Positions 1-8,104 of a stretch of DNA of 21,343 bases are shown here, piece by piece. The stretch covers positions 1-21,343 of the forward strand of contig JAYGDX010000058.1 in NCBI GenBank assembly GCA_046582655.1, in the 5' to 3' direction. Numbering within the stretch: the first letter of the stretch is position 1; each line of letters starts with the position of its first letter. This DNA is from Candidatus Poribacteria bacterium. GTDB taxonomy: Bacteria > Poribacteria > WGA-4E > UBA9662. The position numbers were made by a program, and so were the translations under genes. The notes under the pieces were generated by a model. The model saw only the letters and a program-made list of their open reading frames with translations. It ran no database searches and was not told where the DNA came from.

Positions 1-251
1 TAGGAGATCCATAAGCATTTGAATTTGGCTTCACACAGACGGTAATACAGTCCGTGTAATCGGCAACTTGGTTATGAGGTCCGGATTTGGTGAAAATGAT
101 ATGGGGTTCTCGTCTTTCCTGTTCAACATGACGTTGTAATCCGAGTCGGTTGATCGGAGATCAAATAGAGAATTTCTATCTTCATTCGGGAATAGCTATT
201 AACTTCATACTATCTAAATATTCCCTCACCATATTATACGGTTGATTATTC

Positions 252-2162
252 TTAATTTTTGCTTTTAAGGCTGAGAAGTAAGATTGCTAGAACGATAATA
301 ACTAGCATCGGTCCAAGCGCTAATTTAAAGTTGTTTTCCTTCCTTTTCTGTTTGACATAGCGTAGATTATTCTGGGCATCCGTATAGTCGGGGTTAAGCG
401 TAATCGCCTTTTCTAGGCAACTGATTGCTTGATCGCGATTACCAGTCTTAAAGTAAATAATTCCCAGATTATTGTGAATAAAGGCATTATTAGGACTGAT
501 TTTCAAAGCTTTTAGGTACGTGGAAATCGCACTGTCCAAGTCGTTCTGCAGATTCTGTTCCCATCCAATTTCCGCAAGTGTTTTGGTAATTTTCTGTTTG
601 ACATAGCGTAGATTATCCTGGGCATCCGTATAGTCGGGGTTAAGCGTAATCGCCTTTTCCAAGTAGTTGACAGCTCGGTTGTGATTATGGCTATTGAAGT
701 AAATTACTCCTAAATTATTATAAAGCATAGAGTTGTCTGGATTGATTTCCAATGCTTGAAGATGTGTGTCGATTGCTTCATCTAGATCTCCTTGAAGGTT
801 CTGTTCCCACCCGATCCGTGTCAATGTTTCTAAAAGATTGTGACGTGCTTGCCACGATTGTGGATCATATTTTAACGCGTCTTGATAAAATTCACGTGCG
901 ATTGACCATTTTTTTTGATGAGAAAACTGTGTTCCCATATTGTTGAGTATCGTTGCTAAACCGATGCAGGCGATACTATCTTGTGGGTACTGATCTAGAA
1001 TTTGTTCATAAATTTTCTGAGCAGAAGGATAATCCATCAATAACTCATATGCTATAGCTTGATCACACAACAGAATTTTCGACTGGGCAAAACGTTCGAA
1101 ACCTTGTTGGAATTTCGCAATTGCTTGAGAATAGTTTTTCTCCTTGATCAGTTTCATGCCCCATTGATGATAAGCAGCAAGCAGATTTTGATTCAACTTT
1201 GATGAGTTTGGTTCAAGCCTTAAAGACTGCTGCAAATAATCAATAGATTGCTCGTACTTTTGCTGAATAAGGTAAAGTGTTCCAAGGACACCAAGAATTT
1301 CTACAGATGGAACCATTCCTACCGATCTGCGGTAGTGTGCGGTCGCTTGGTCAAATTTTCCGATCTTATGGAAAATTTGTGCCAGTTGTAGTCTGGGGAT
1401 GGGAGATTGAGGATCAATGGCTAACGCTTTTTGAAAGGTAGTAATCGCCTCTTCATCTTTTCCTTGGTCAGCATAGACATTGCCAAGCGAAAGATAATTT
1501 TCAGCGATTGCCGGATTCTTTTTAATATGTCGTTTCAATGCAATAATCGCCTGATGGTGAAACGGTTGGTTAACTGGTGTAGTACGGACTTTCTTCCATG
1601 TTGTAATATCTCTGAAAGACGGCTTTTCTACGGTTGGGGTATCAAACATAATATCTTTCGGATTATCACTATGACCCCATAGGCCTATTGCATGACCAAT
1701 TTCGTGGAGAAGAATCGTTTGCAATTCCTTGGCTGCAATGATACTTAGCGTTGTCCGATCGCGTAATAGAACCTTGATTTCAACATGAAAATCGGATTGG
1801 TTTCGAAAGAGGGTTGCTTCTCCTATGTTTCTATTGAGGTTGTTGCTACGGCGTTGATGCGTCCAGTCAATTCGAATGTCTGCGGCTTGCCTCTCAGGGG
1901 TAATGTAAAAAACAATCATGTTGTGGGTTGCATCTTCCCATAACTGGAGAACGTCGATCAGTAATTGATGATAGGTCGACATCAAGTTTGTTTCAAGTGG
2001 GATTGGCGAGGCAAATACTGATATTTGATGACGATCGAAATAGGTCATGCGTCCGTTTGCAGAATTCGTGCATTCAATAAAATAATCATTAGCACAAATT
2101 GAACTTGCTGAAATACTCCAAAAAATGACAAATAAAACTAGTAATTTACAGCACTTTTCCAC
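252..2162 (-). CDS. Matrixin-like (metzincin) zinc metalloprotease with multiple TPR repeats, N-terminal signal peptide and C-terminal transmembrane anchor
   Basis: HEIGHAIGLWGHS zinc motif (1668-1706) followed by a Met-turn-like DIMF. Many TPR motifs (e.g. NYLSLGNVYADQGKDEEAITTFQKALAIDP) and a hydrophobic C-terminus LALGPMLVIIVLAILLLSLKSKN. The ORF track starts at 2204, but GTG at 2162 gives a signal-peptide-like N-terminus and lies downstream of a sigma-70-like promoter. Confidence 0.85.
   Translation of the reverse strand: MEKCCKLLVLFVIFWSISASSICANDYFIECTNSANGRMTYFDRHQISVFASPIPLETNLMSTYHQLLIDVLQLWEDATHNMIVFYITPERQAADIRIDWTHQRRSNNLNRNIGEATLFRNQSDFHVEIKVLLRDRTTLSIIAAKELQTILLHEIGHAIGLWGHSDNPKDIMFDTPTVEKPSFRDITTWKKVRTTPVNQPFHHQAIIALKRHIKKNPAIAENYLSLGNVYADQGKDEEAITTFQKALAIDPQSPIPRLQLAQIFHKIGKFDQATAHYRRSVGMVPSVEILGVLGTLYLIQQKYEQSIDYLQQSLRLEPNSSKLNQNLLAAYHQWGMKLIKEKNYSQAIAKFQQGFERFAQSKILLCDQAIAYELLMDYPSAQKIYEQILDQYPQDSIACIGLATILNNMGTQFSHQKKWSIAREFYQDALKYDPQSWQARHNLLETLTRIGWEQNLQGDLDEAIDTHLQALEINPDNSMLYNNLGVIYFNSHNHNRAVNYLEKAITLNPDYTDAQDNLRYVKQKITKTLAEIGWEQNLQNDLDSAISTYLKALKISPNNAFIHNNLGIIYFKTGNRDQAISCLEKAITLNPDYTDAQNNLRYVKQKRKENNFKLALGPMLVIIVLAILLLSLKSKN
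344..659. repeat. 70-bp direct repeat (344-413 and 590-659, 69/70 identical, 246-bp period) within the TPR coding region
   Basis: Direct alignment by eye shows a single mismatch, T371 vs C617. Both copies encode EKAITLNPDYTDAQ(N/D)NLRYVKQK. Confidence 0.92.
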
Positions 2163-2194
2163 AGATAGTCTCTGACGCAAAACCAAGTATTGCA

Positions 2195-2223
2195 ATGGTA
2201 ACATTTGGCCATAATGTTGTCAA
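2195..2223 (-). promoter_or_regulatory. Putative sigma-70 promoter for the metalloprotease-TPR gene
   Basis: Minus strand TTGACA (2223-2218), 17-nt spacer, TACCAT (2200-2195). Confidence 0.55.
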
Positions 2224-2255
2224 TTTCCTTTAATAGTAGTTATTTCTTTTCTATT

Positions 2256-2271
2256 TGGCACATACCTTGCT
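2256..2271 (+). promoter_or_regulatory. Sigma-54 (RpoN) -24/-12 promoter for the flgFGAHIJ operon
   Basis: TGGCAC-ATACC-TTGCT matches the TGGCAC-N5-TTGCW consensus exactly and lies about 50 nt upstream of flgF. Confidence 0.85.
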
Positions 2272-2318
2272 TGACTTAAGGACAGATTCACAAGCAAGGA
2301 TCAAAATGGAGAAATGGC

Positions 2319-3101
2319 ATGCAAGGAATCTATAAAGCTGCGCAAGGTATGATTTATGAGACGATGCGCATTGATATCATCGCTAATAATCTGGCTAACG
2401 TAAATGCAAATGGATACAAAGGGAGTGCTCTTCAAGTAACTTCAACGTTTGATGCAGAACTTACACAAGTCCTTGAAGAGAAAATGAATATAAAGCCTCC
2501 ATCAAATGTAAGTCAAAGTTCTGAGTTGTTGGTTGCTCGATACAATATTGATTTCCAACAAGGCCCATTAAAGGAAACTAATGAAGTATATGATGTCGCT
2601 ATTGCTGGTCGCGGTTTTTTCGGCATTCAGAACGTTGATGGATCGACAGTTTTTACACGAGATGGGAGCTTCACTACAAATGATCAAGGACAACTTGTAA
2701 ATGGGCAGGGATTATTTGTCCTGGATCAAAGTGGACAACCAGTCCAGATACCAAGTGGTGCAAGTGAACTCACTATCTCTACCGATGGGCGTATGTTTGC
2801 TGATGATGTGGGGTTTTCACAACTAATGTTGATTGATTTTGAGCAGAATGATCCATATCCTCTGGGGAAAATTGGAGGGAACCTTTTTGAAATAACAGAT
2901 TCCCAGGCACAACCAATTTCATTGAACGCGACCCGTGGTGTTTCAATAGTCAAACAAGGGTTTTTAGAGTTGGCAAATGTTAATGTTGTTCATGAAATGG
3001 TAAATATGATTCAAACCCTGCGCAACTTTCAAGGGTATCAAAAGATAATCCAAGCATTGGATGAAACTGTACAGCTAATCAACAATGTTGCTAAGCAATA
3101 A
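2319..3101 (+). CDS. flgF: Flagellar basal-body rod protein FlgF (FlgEFG family)
   Basis: N-terminal IDIIANNLANVNANGYK, DVAIAGRGFF, FTRDGSF and C-terminal LELANVNVVHEMVNMI. Lies immediately before flgG, with a GGAGA RBS. Confidence 0.9.
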   Translation: MQGIYKAAQGMIYETMRIDIIANNLANVNANGYKGSALQVTSTFDAELTQVLEEKMNIKPPSNVSQSSELLVARYNIDFQQGPLKETNEVYDVAIAGRGFFGIQNVDGSTVFTRDGSFTTNDQGQLVNGQGLFVLDQSGQPVQIPSGASELTISTDGRMFADDVGFSQLMLIDFEQNDPYPLGKIGGNLFEITDSQAQPISLNATRGVSIVKQGFLELANVNVVHEMVNMIQTLRNFQGYQKIIQALDETVQLINNVAKQ

Positions 3102-3122
3102 AAATAGACAGGAGAAGAAATT

Positions 3123-3911
3123 ATGATGCGCGCAATGTGGTCAGCTGCCTCTGGGATGGTTGCCCAACAAAAAAATATTGACGTTATTTCAAACAATATT
3201 GCAAATGTGAATACGGTTGGATTTAAAGGAAGCCGTGCCGATTTCCAGGATCTTATCTACCAGATTATTCGTCCTGCTGGTACTCTTAACCAATTAGGAA
3301 CTGAAATACCAACAGGAATCGAGATTGGTCATGGAACGCAACTTGTTGCTACTCCGACTCGGTTTTCGCAAGGGGATCTAAAGGATACCGAGGATTCGTT
3401 GGACTTGGCAATTCAAGGTGCGGGTTTCTTTAAAGTCCAGATGCCTGATGGACAATTTTCCTATACCCGTGCAGGTGCTTTCACGCTTGATAGTGCTCGT
3501 AGTTTAGTAACAGCCAGTGGTTATACATTGGATCCGAATATCACAATGCCATCAGAAGCCAGTGAGATCCTCATCTCGGAAGACGGTACTGTCTCTATTC
3601 GTTTACCAGGCCAAATCGAATCTAATCTGATCGGAAACATTCAACTATCCATTTTTCCAAACCCACGTGGTTTGCAACACGCTGGGCGCGGGTTATATTT
3701 GCCGACAGGGGCTGCTGGCGACGAGGTTACGGGCACTCCTGGGAAAAACGGTATTGGCATCCTTAGATCCGGAATGCTAGAGATGTCAAATGTCAAAATT
3801 GTGGATGAAATGGTTGGCATGATCGTTGCGCAAAGAGCTTATGAAGCCAATTCAAAATCGATTCAGACGGCTGATGAAATGTTGAATGCAGCAAATACGC
3901 TTCGTCGATAA
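3123..3911 (+). CDS. flgG: Flagellar basal-body distal rod protein FlgG
   Basis: MMRAMWSAASGM, NNIANVNTVGFK, FQDLIYQ, YTRAGAF and LEMSNVKIVDEMVGMIVAQRAYEANSK. 262 aa. Confidence 0.97.
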   Translation: MMRAMWSAASGMVAQQKNIDVISNNIANVNTVGFKGSRADFQDLIYQIIRPAGTLNQLGTEIPTGIEIGHGTQLVATPTRFSQGDLKDTEDSLDLAIQGAGFFKVQMPDGQFSYTRAGAFTLDSARSLVTASGYTLDPNITMPSEASEILISEDGTVSIRLPGQIESNLIGNIQLSIFPNPRGLQHAGRGLYLPTGAAGDEVTGTPGKNGIGILRSGMLEMSNVKIVDEMVGMIVAQRAYEANSKSIQTADEMLNAANTLRR

Positions 3912-3923
3912 AGGATAAGTTAA

Positions 3924-4889
3924 ATGTTCGACTTGAAGTTTAAAAATTTGTTCTTGACCTTGATCCTGGTTAATTTTTTTCCTCTCTCAGTTTATTCGGA
4001 GATAAGGATTAAACTCCAACCTCAGGTTGAGATTCGTGGTCGAGTCATTTATCTTGGAGACATCGCCGAAATTGATGCCTCAACTGAACTGAAGCAGAAG
4101 TTGCAAGCAATTGAACTTGGCAGTACGAACAAAACCGGACGTGCTAGAACTATCACTATTCCACATGTTAAGGCGCGAATCCTTAAACATGGCCTGAGTC
4201 ACTCCGATTTGAGTTTTGATGGTACGGTTTCTTCTGTTACTAGCAAAACAATGACTGTATCAGTGGAAGATATTTACAGTCAGGCGGGAAATTTTTTCCG
4301 GCAGAACCTTATTTTTGGAAAAAATGATTTTACTCAACTTGAAATTCGACCGTTGCAGCAAATCGAACCGATAAGAGTTGATGATGTGGACTCAGAATTG
4401 GAATTTGTTCCGATAGGTGATCTTAGTCGAGGTTGTCTGGAAGCGCAAGTCATATCCAATGGAATAGTCAAAAAACGTGTTTCTCTGACTTTTGAGATTA
4501 CGGTTAGTCAACCTGTGGTTGTGGCAAAGTGCAATATCCCGAAAGGCGTTAGGATTCGAGCTGATTTTTTGTCAATTGAGCATCGCGAAATTAAAAATCC
4601 GGCGAATGTACTGTTAACACGAATTAATCAGGTGCAGGGGAAAATAGCCAGCGGGTTGATTTCAAAAGGCAAAATAATTTCCAGATCTGATTTTAAAAAG
4701 GACTTTATTGTTTCCAAAGGATCCATAGTGGTAATTATAGTACAAAAAGGAAATCTTAAAATACAAGCGCATGGCAAAGCACTTGAAGACGGTACTCTGG
4801 GACAGCTTATTCGGGTCATCAGCCTCAACTCGAATAAGGAACGTATTGGTGAAGTAGCTGGAAGAAATCAAATCCGTATACATTTTTAA
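3924..4889 (+). CDS. flgA: Flagellar P-ring formation chaperone FlgA
   Basis: Signal peptide, IYLGDIAEI N-terminal motif, SAF-like VVVAKCNIPKG and C-terminal GKALEDGTLGQLIRV. Syntenic between flgG and flgH. Confidence 0.92.
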   Translation: MFDLKFKNLFLTLILVNFFPLSVYSEIRIKLQPQVEIRGRVIYLGDIAEIDASTELKQKLQAIELGSTNKTGRARTITIPHVKARILKHGLSHSDLSFDGTVSSVTSKTMTVSVEDIYSQAGNFFRQNLIFGKNDFTQLEIRPLQQIEPIRVDDVDSELEFVPIGDLSRGCLEAQVISNGIVKKRVSLTFEITVSQPVVVAKCNIPKGVRIRADFLSIEHREIKNPANVLLTRINQVQGKIASGLISKGKIISRSDFKKDFIVSKGSIVVIIVQKGNLKIQAHGKALEDGTLGQLIRVISLNSNKERIGEVAGRNQIRIHF

Positions 4890-4904
4890 CGAGGATATAC
4901 TCTA

Positions 4905-5516
4905 GTGGCTAAGAACTTTATTACATGTACTTTTTTATCAATAATAGTTTTTTCCGCATGCTTGATAGTTATCAATGATGCGAACGCAGCACAAGGGCTA
5001 ACAGTTTATGATGTGTCAATGGTTGCCGATAGAAAAGCTCGGCGGCTTGGTGATGTTCTAACAGTTCTGGTCCTTGAACGTGCCAGCGCGAAGCGAGAAG
5101 CCAAGACGGAGACAAGCCGAACCTCTGATTACAAAGGCAGACTTGGTGGCTTTGTTGGAATTCCCACTAAAGGACTTGGGGATGGGATTAGCCTCGGATC
5201 TGATAATTCATTTACTGGTACCGGATCTACCAGTCGAAGTGAAACCTTCGATGCAACCGTGCCTGTTATTGTAATGGAAGTCATGAAAAATGGGAATCTC
5301 GTAGTTGAAGGCCAACGCAACATTCAAGTCAACAATGAGAAACAAACTATTCATGTTAAAGGAATTGTCAGGCCAGTTGACATAACTGCGCAGAACACTA
5401 TTATTTCGACCAATCTTGCGAGTGCTGAAATCGTATATCAGGGTGACGGTCAGGTCAGTCGTCAGCAAAAGCCTGGATTTCTGTCTCGGTTATTGGATTG
5501 GATTTGGATCTTTTAG
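4905..5516 (+). CDS. flgH: Flagellar L-ring protein FlgH
   Basis: DRKARRLGDVLTV, NGNLVVEG, GIVRPVDI..NTI.S..LA.A.I.Y.G.G motifs. GTG start with GAGGA RBS. Confidence 0.95.
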   Translation: MAKNFITCTFLSIIVFSACLIVINDANAAQGLTVYDVSMVADRKARRLGDVLTVLVLERASAKREAKTETSRTSDYKGRLGGFVGIPTKGLGDGISLGSDNSFTGTGSTSRSETFDATVPVIVMEVMKNGNLVVEGQRNIQVNNEKQTIHVKGIVRPVDITAQNTIISTNLASAEIVYQGDGQVSRQQKPGFLSRLLDWIWIF

Positions 5517-5531
5517 TAAGGAACGAAAACA

Positions 5532-6683
5532 ATGAAAAAAATTATATCTCTATTCGTTTGCATTTCGATTATAACCATTAGTTTCTCGCAACAGACAATA
5601 GGGCAATCACAGATGCAGGTTCGCATAAAGGATATTGTTAGCCTTGATGGTATTTACGAAGCAAAGTTGCTGGGAATAGGTGTTGTAACTGGACTCAGCA
5701 ACACGGGCGACAAACAAAATAACGAAGTAACGCAAAGATTTCTTGAGAATATTATGCGTGAAATGGGTGTATCGATTACGCTAAGCCGATTTGAAGCGAA
5801 AAACATGGCTGCCGTCACCGTTACTGCCACGTTGCCGCCTTTTGCCAAGGTAGGATCACAGATTGATGTTCAAGTTGAATCTTTTCAGAATGCCACCAGT
5901 CTACAAGGCGGAACACTTCTACCAACTCCCTTGTTACATACTTTTGATCTCAACAAGGAGGTCTATCTGATGGCAAGTGGTGTTATTTCAATCGGTGGAT
6001 ATGGAGCAGGTGAAGGTGGAGACCGGATTCAGAAGAACCATCTGACTGCCGGTAACATACCTAACGGCGGGGTTGTTCATAAAGCTATGCGTGTGGATGT
6101 CTTTCAAGGTGAGCAGATAACGCTGGTTCCCTACCATGCTGATTACACAACAGTTACCAAAATTGTAGAGAGAATAAATGAAAACGAAAATGAAAATGTT
6201 GCGGTTGCAATAGATAGTGGCTCAATTCAAGTGAACATTCCAGCCAGGCATGCGAACGCGGATCCGGCTAGATATACTGATAATGTTGTTCGATTCGTTT
6301 CAGAGATCGGGGCGCTAACGGTTGAGGTGGACCGTCCCGCAACTGTCATTGTCGATGAACGAACGGGCACTGTTGTTATAGGATCAAACGTCACTATTTC
6401 AAATATTGCTATAACGCATGGAGGGCTCACCGTTACCGTAGGTTCTGAACAGGAAATATCTCAACCTACTCCAATGAGCCAGGGGGAAACGTTTCTGTTG
6501 GAAGAAACTGAGGTGACAATCGAAGAAAAGGGAGGAGTCCTTACGCCGCTTCCGGATAGCGTTACAATCGATGAGGTGGTTAGTGCCTTGAACGCATTAG
6601 GCGCAACACCAAGGGAACTGATATCGATACTTCAGAATATAGAACGTGTTGGCGCGCTTCATGCTAAACTAATTATTAGATAA
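5532..6683 (+). CDS. flgI: Flagellar P-ring protein FlgI
   Basis: RIKDI, GIGVVTGLSNTGD, AAVTVTATLPPF, SLQGGTLLPTPL, ERTGTVVIG and LNALGATPRELISILQ motifs. Confidence 0.96.
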   Translation: MKKIISLFVCISIITISFSQQTIGQSQMQVRIKDIVSLDGIYEAKLLGIGVVTGLSNTGDKQNNEVTQRFLENIMREMGVSITLSRFEAKNMAAVTVTATLPPFAKVGSQIDVQVESFQNATSLQGGTLLPTPLLHTFDLNKEVYLMASGVISIGGYGAGEGGDRIQKNHLTAGNIPNGGVVHKAMRVDVFQGEQITLVPYHADYTTVTKIVERINENENENVAVAIDSGSIQVNIPARHANADPARYTDNVVRFVSEIGALTVEVDRPATVIVDERTGTVVIGSNVTISNIAITHGGLTVTVGSEQEISQPTPMSQGETFLLEETEVTIEEKGGVLTPLPDSVTIDEVVSALNALGATPRELISILQNIERVGALHAKLIIR

Positions 6684-6713
6684 AAGAGCTTAGATTTAAC
6701 AGGCAGATAGAAA

Positions 6714-7037
6714 ATGGATCTTAGTACAGGTATTAGCAAGTTTGAAATGTCAAGATTCAATCATCAGATAAAAAAAATTTCTGATACTGGAAAGTATACG
6801 GAAAATATTTCTGGGTTTGATCAGGAATTACGTGAAGCAACCCGCGAATTTGAATCGTTGTTTATTCATAATTTGTTGAAGACAATGCGGGCAGCAATAC
6901 CAAAGGGCAAGTTTTTTGATGGTGGGTCTGGCGAAGAGATTTTTACAGACCTCTTAGATCAGGAGATTTCGAAAGTTGTATCGAAAAGGGGTATTGGGAT
7001 TGCCGATGTCTTGTATCAGCGACTTACAAAGTCCTGA
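6714..7037 (+). CDS. flgJ: Short FlgJ (rod-binding/rod-cap domain only, no muramidase domain)
   Basis: LREATREFESLFIHNLLKTMR...EEIFTDLLDQE...GIGIADVLYQRL. 107 aa, located after flgI. Confidence 0.9.
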   Translation: MDLSTGISKFEMSRFNHQIKKISDTGKYTENISGFDQELREATREFESLFIHNLLKTMRAAIPKGKFFDGGSGEEIFTDLLDQEISKVVSKRGIGIADVLYQRLTKS

Positions 7038-7078
7038 TAAATTGTGTTGCATTCAAGATAAGTTTGACACAATTTATC
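7036..7078 (+). terminator. 12-bp perfect inverted repeat after flgJ (possible terminator, mRNA stem or operator)
   Basis: GATAAATTGTGT (7036-7047) / ACACAATTTATC (7067-7078), followed by TTGTGTT. AT-rich stem with a 19-nt loop. Confidence 0.5.
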
Positions 7079-7131
7079 TTGTGTTCAGTACCTAGAGTTA
7101 GATCTAAATCCGGAAATATGATAGAATTATC

Positions 7132-7159
7132 TAAAGTTTTTGGTTGAATGTGCCGAAAA
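7132..7159 (+). promoter_or_regulatory. Sigma-28 (FliA/SigD) promoter for flgM-flgN-flgK-flgL
   Basis: TAAA(GTTT)-N16-GCCGAAAA against the consensus TAAA-N15/16-GCCGATAA, about 40 nt upstream of the flgM ATG at 7200. Confidence 0.8.
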
Positions 7160-7199
7160 CAAACTTGAACTCGGATTGGTAACAGGGAGTTGGATAAAA

Positions 7200-7529
7200 A
7201 TGGTCCCCGTCAGTCAAAAGGGAAAACTTAATGGTTTAAATCAAGTTCTGACAAAGAAACGAGCAGAGAAAGTTCAAACTAACAAGGAAAATCCTTACCT
7301 CAAAACACAAGATGGAAAAGAGATAAAGGCAAAACAGGATGGGTTTGTACAATCTGCAAAAAGTAGCGAAGTTAGCAGTATTAAAGAGAAGATAGATCAA
7401 CTGCCAGATGTGGATTTGGAGAGAGTGGAAAAGCTGCGCCAGATGATTAAAGATGGATCTTACATAGCTGATAGTCAGAAGACCGCAGAAAACCTCTTGG
7501 CTACTAGCATTAAGGTAGATGAAGAATAA
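7200..7529 (+). CDS. flgM: Anti-sigma-28 factor FlgM
   Basis: C-terminal LPDVDLERVEKLRQMIKDGSY.ADSQKTAENLL motif. Start revised to ATG 7200 (AGGGAG RBS at 7184-7189) because the ORF-track start at 7140 lies inside the sigma-28 promoter. Confidence 0.9.
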   Translation: MVPVSQKGKLNGLNQVLTKKRAEKVQTNKENPYLKTQDGKEIKAKQDGFVQSAKSSEVSSIKEKIDQLPDVDLERVEKLRQMIKDGSYIADSQKTAENLLATSIKVDEE

Positions 7530-7570
7530 CTTAACACGGTTTTTTCTAAGATGAGATAAGGATATTAAAA

Positions 7571-8062
7571 GTGCAAGACTTGTTGGATAGGCTATCTGGA
7601 ATTTTATTAAAAGAGCTTGTTTTATATGACAAACTCTTGCTAATCCTTTCAGATCAGCGCTACACACTGCCAGCTGGCAACGCAGAGGATATCCATGAGG
7701 TTCTTACGCAGCAGGAAACCTTGACTCTTGAGTTAAAAGCTTTGGAGGAGGCGCGTCTATCTATTATGAATAAACTGTCGCAACATTTACAGAAACCGCT
7801 AGAGCAGTTGACATTGATTGAGTTGGCAAAGCTCGTGGAAGAGCCTTTCAGTACCAAATATAAGAAGTTCAGTAAGCAGGTAAAAGGCATGACGAAACAA
7901 ATTGAAGATCTTAATCAAGACAATAAGTATTTGACCGATCACTCGCTTGCTTTCATTAATATATCTCTACGGGTTTTTACTGCCTGTAACTCATTTGATT
8001 ATAACGATCAAGACCCGTTCCATTTAAAGGGAAAATCTGCCAAATTTCAGACGACTGCCTAA
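7571..8062 (+). CDS. flgN: Flagellar export chaperone FlgN
   Basis: Helical 163-aa protein (LYDKLL, LEEARL, LTLIEL, LNQDNKYL...SL) between flgM and flgK. Confidence 0.88.
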   Translation: MQDLLDRLSGILLKELVLYDKLLLILSDQRYTLPAGNAEDIHEVLTQQETLTLELKALEEARLSIMNKLSQHLQKPLEQLTLIELAKLVEEPFSTKYKKFSKQVKGMTKQIEDLNQDNKYLTDHSLAFINISLRVFTACNSFDYNDQDPFHLKGKSAKFQTTA

Positions 8063-8104
8063 AAAGCAGATAATTCTAGATATCATCGAGTAAACTATAT
8101 CGCT

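Noticed and set aside
1..210. Minus-strand MKIEILY start (185) ending in Cys-TGA, and a separate start-less frame open to the window edge
   Set aside because: Read-through hits TAA shortly after, there is no recognisable family motif or SECIS-like hairpin, and too little sequence is available to support a gene call.
344..659. Diversity-generating retroelement TR/VR pair
   Set aside because: There is only one mismatch, both copies are in-frame parts of the same TPR gene, and no reverse transcriptase is in the window.
7140..7199. ORF-track N-terminal extension of FlgM
   Set aside because: It overlaps the sigma-28 promoter, and ATG 7200 has an RBS and gives a typical FlgM length.
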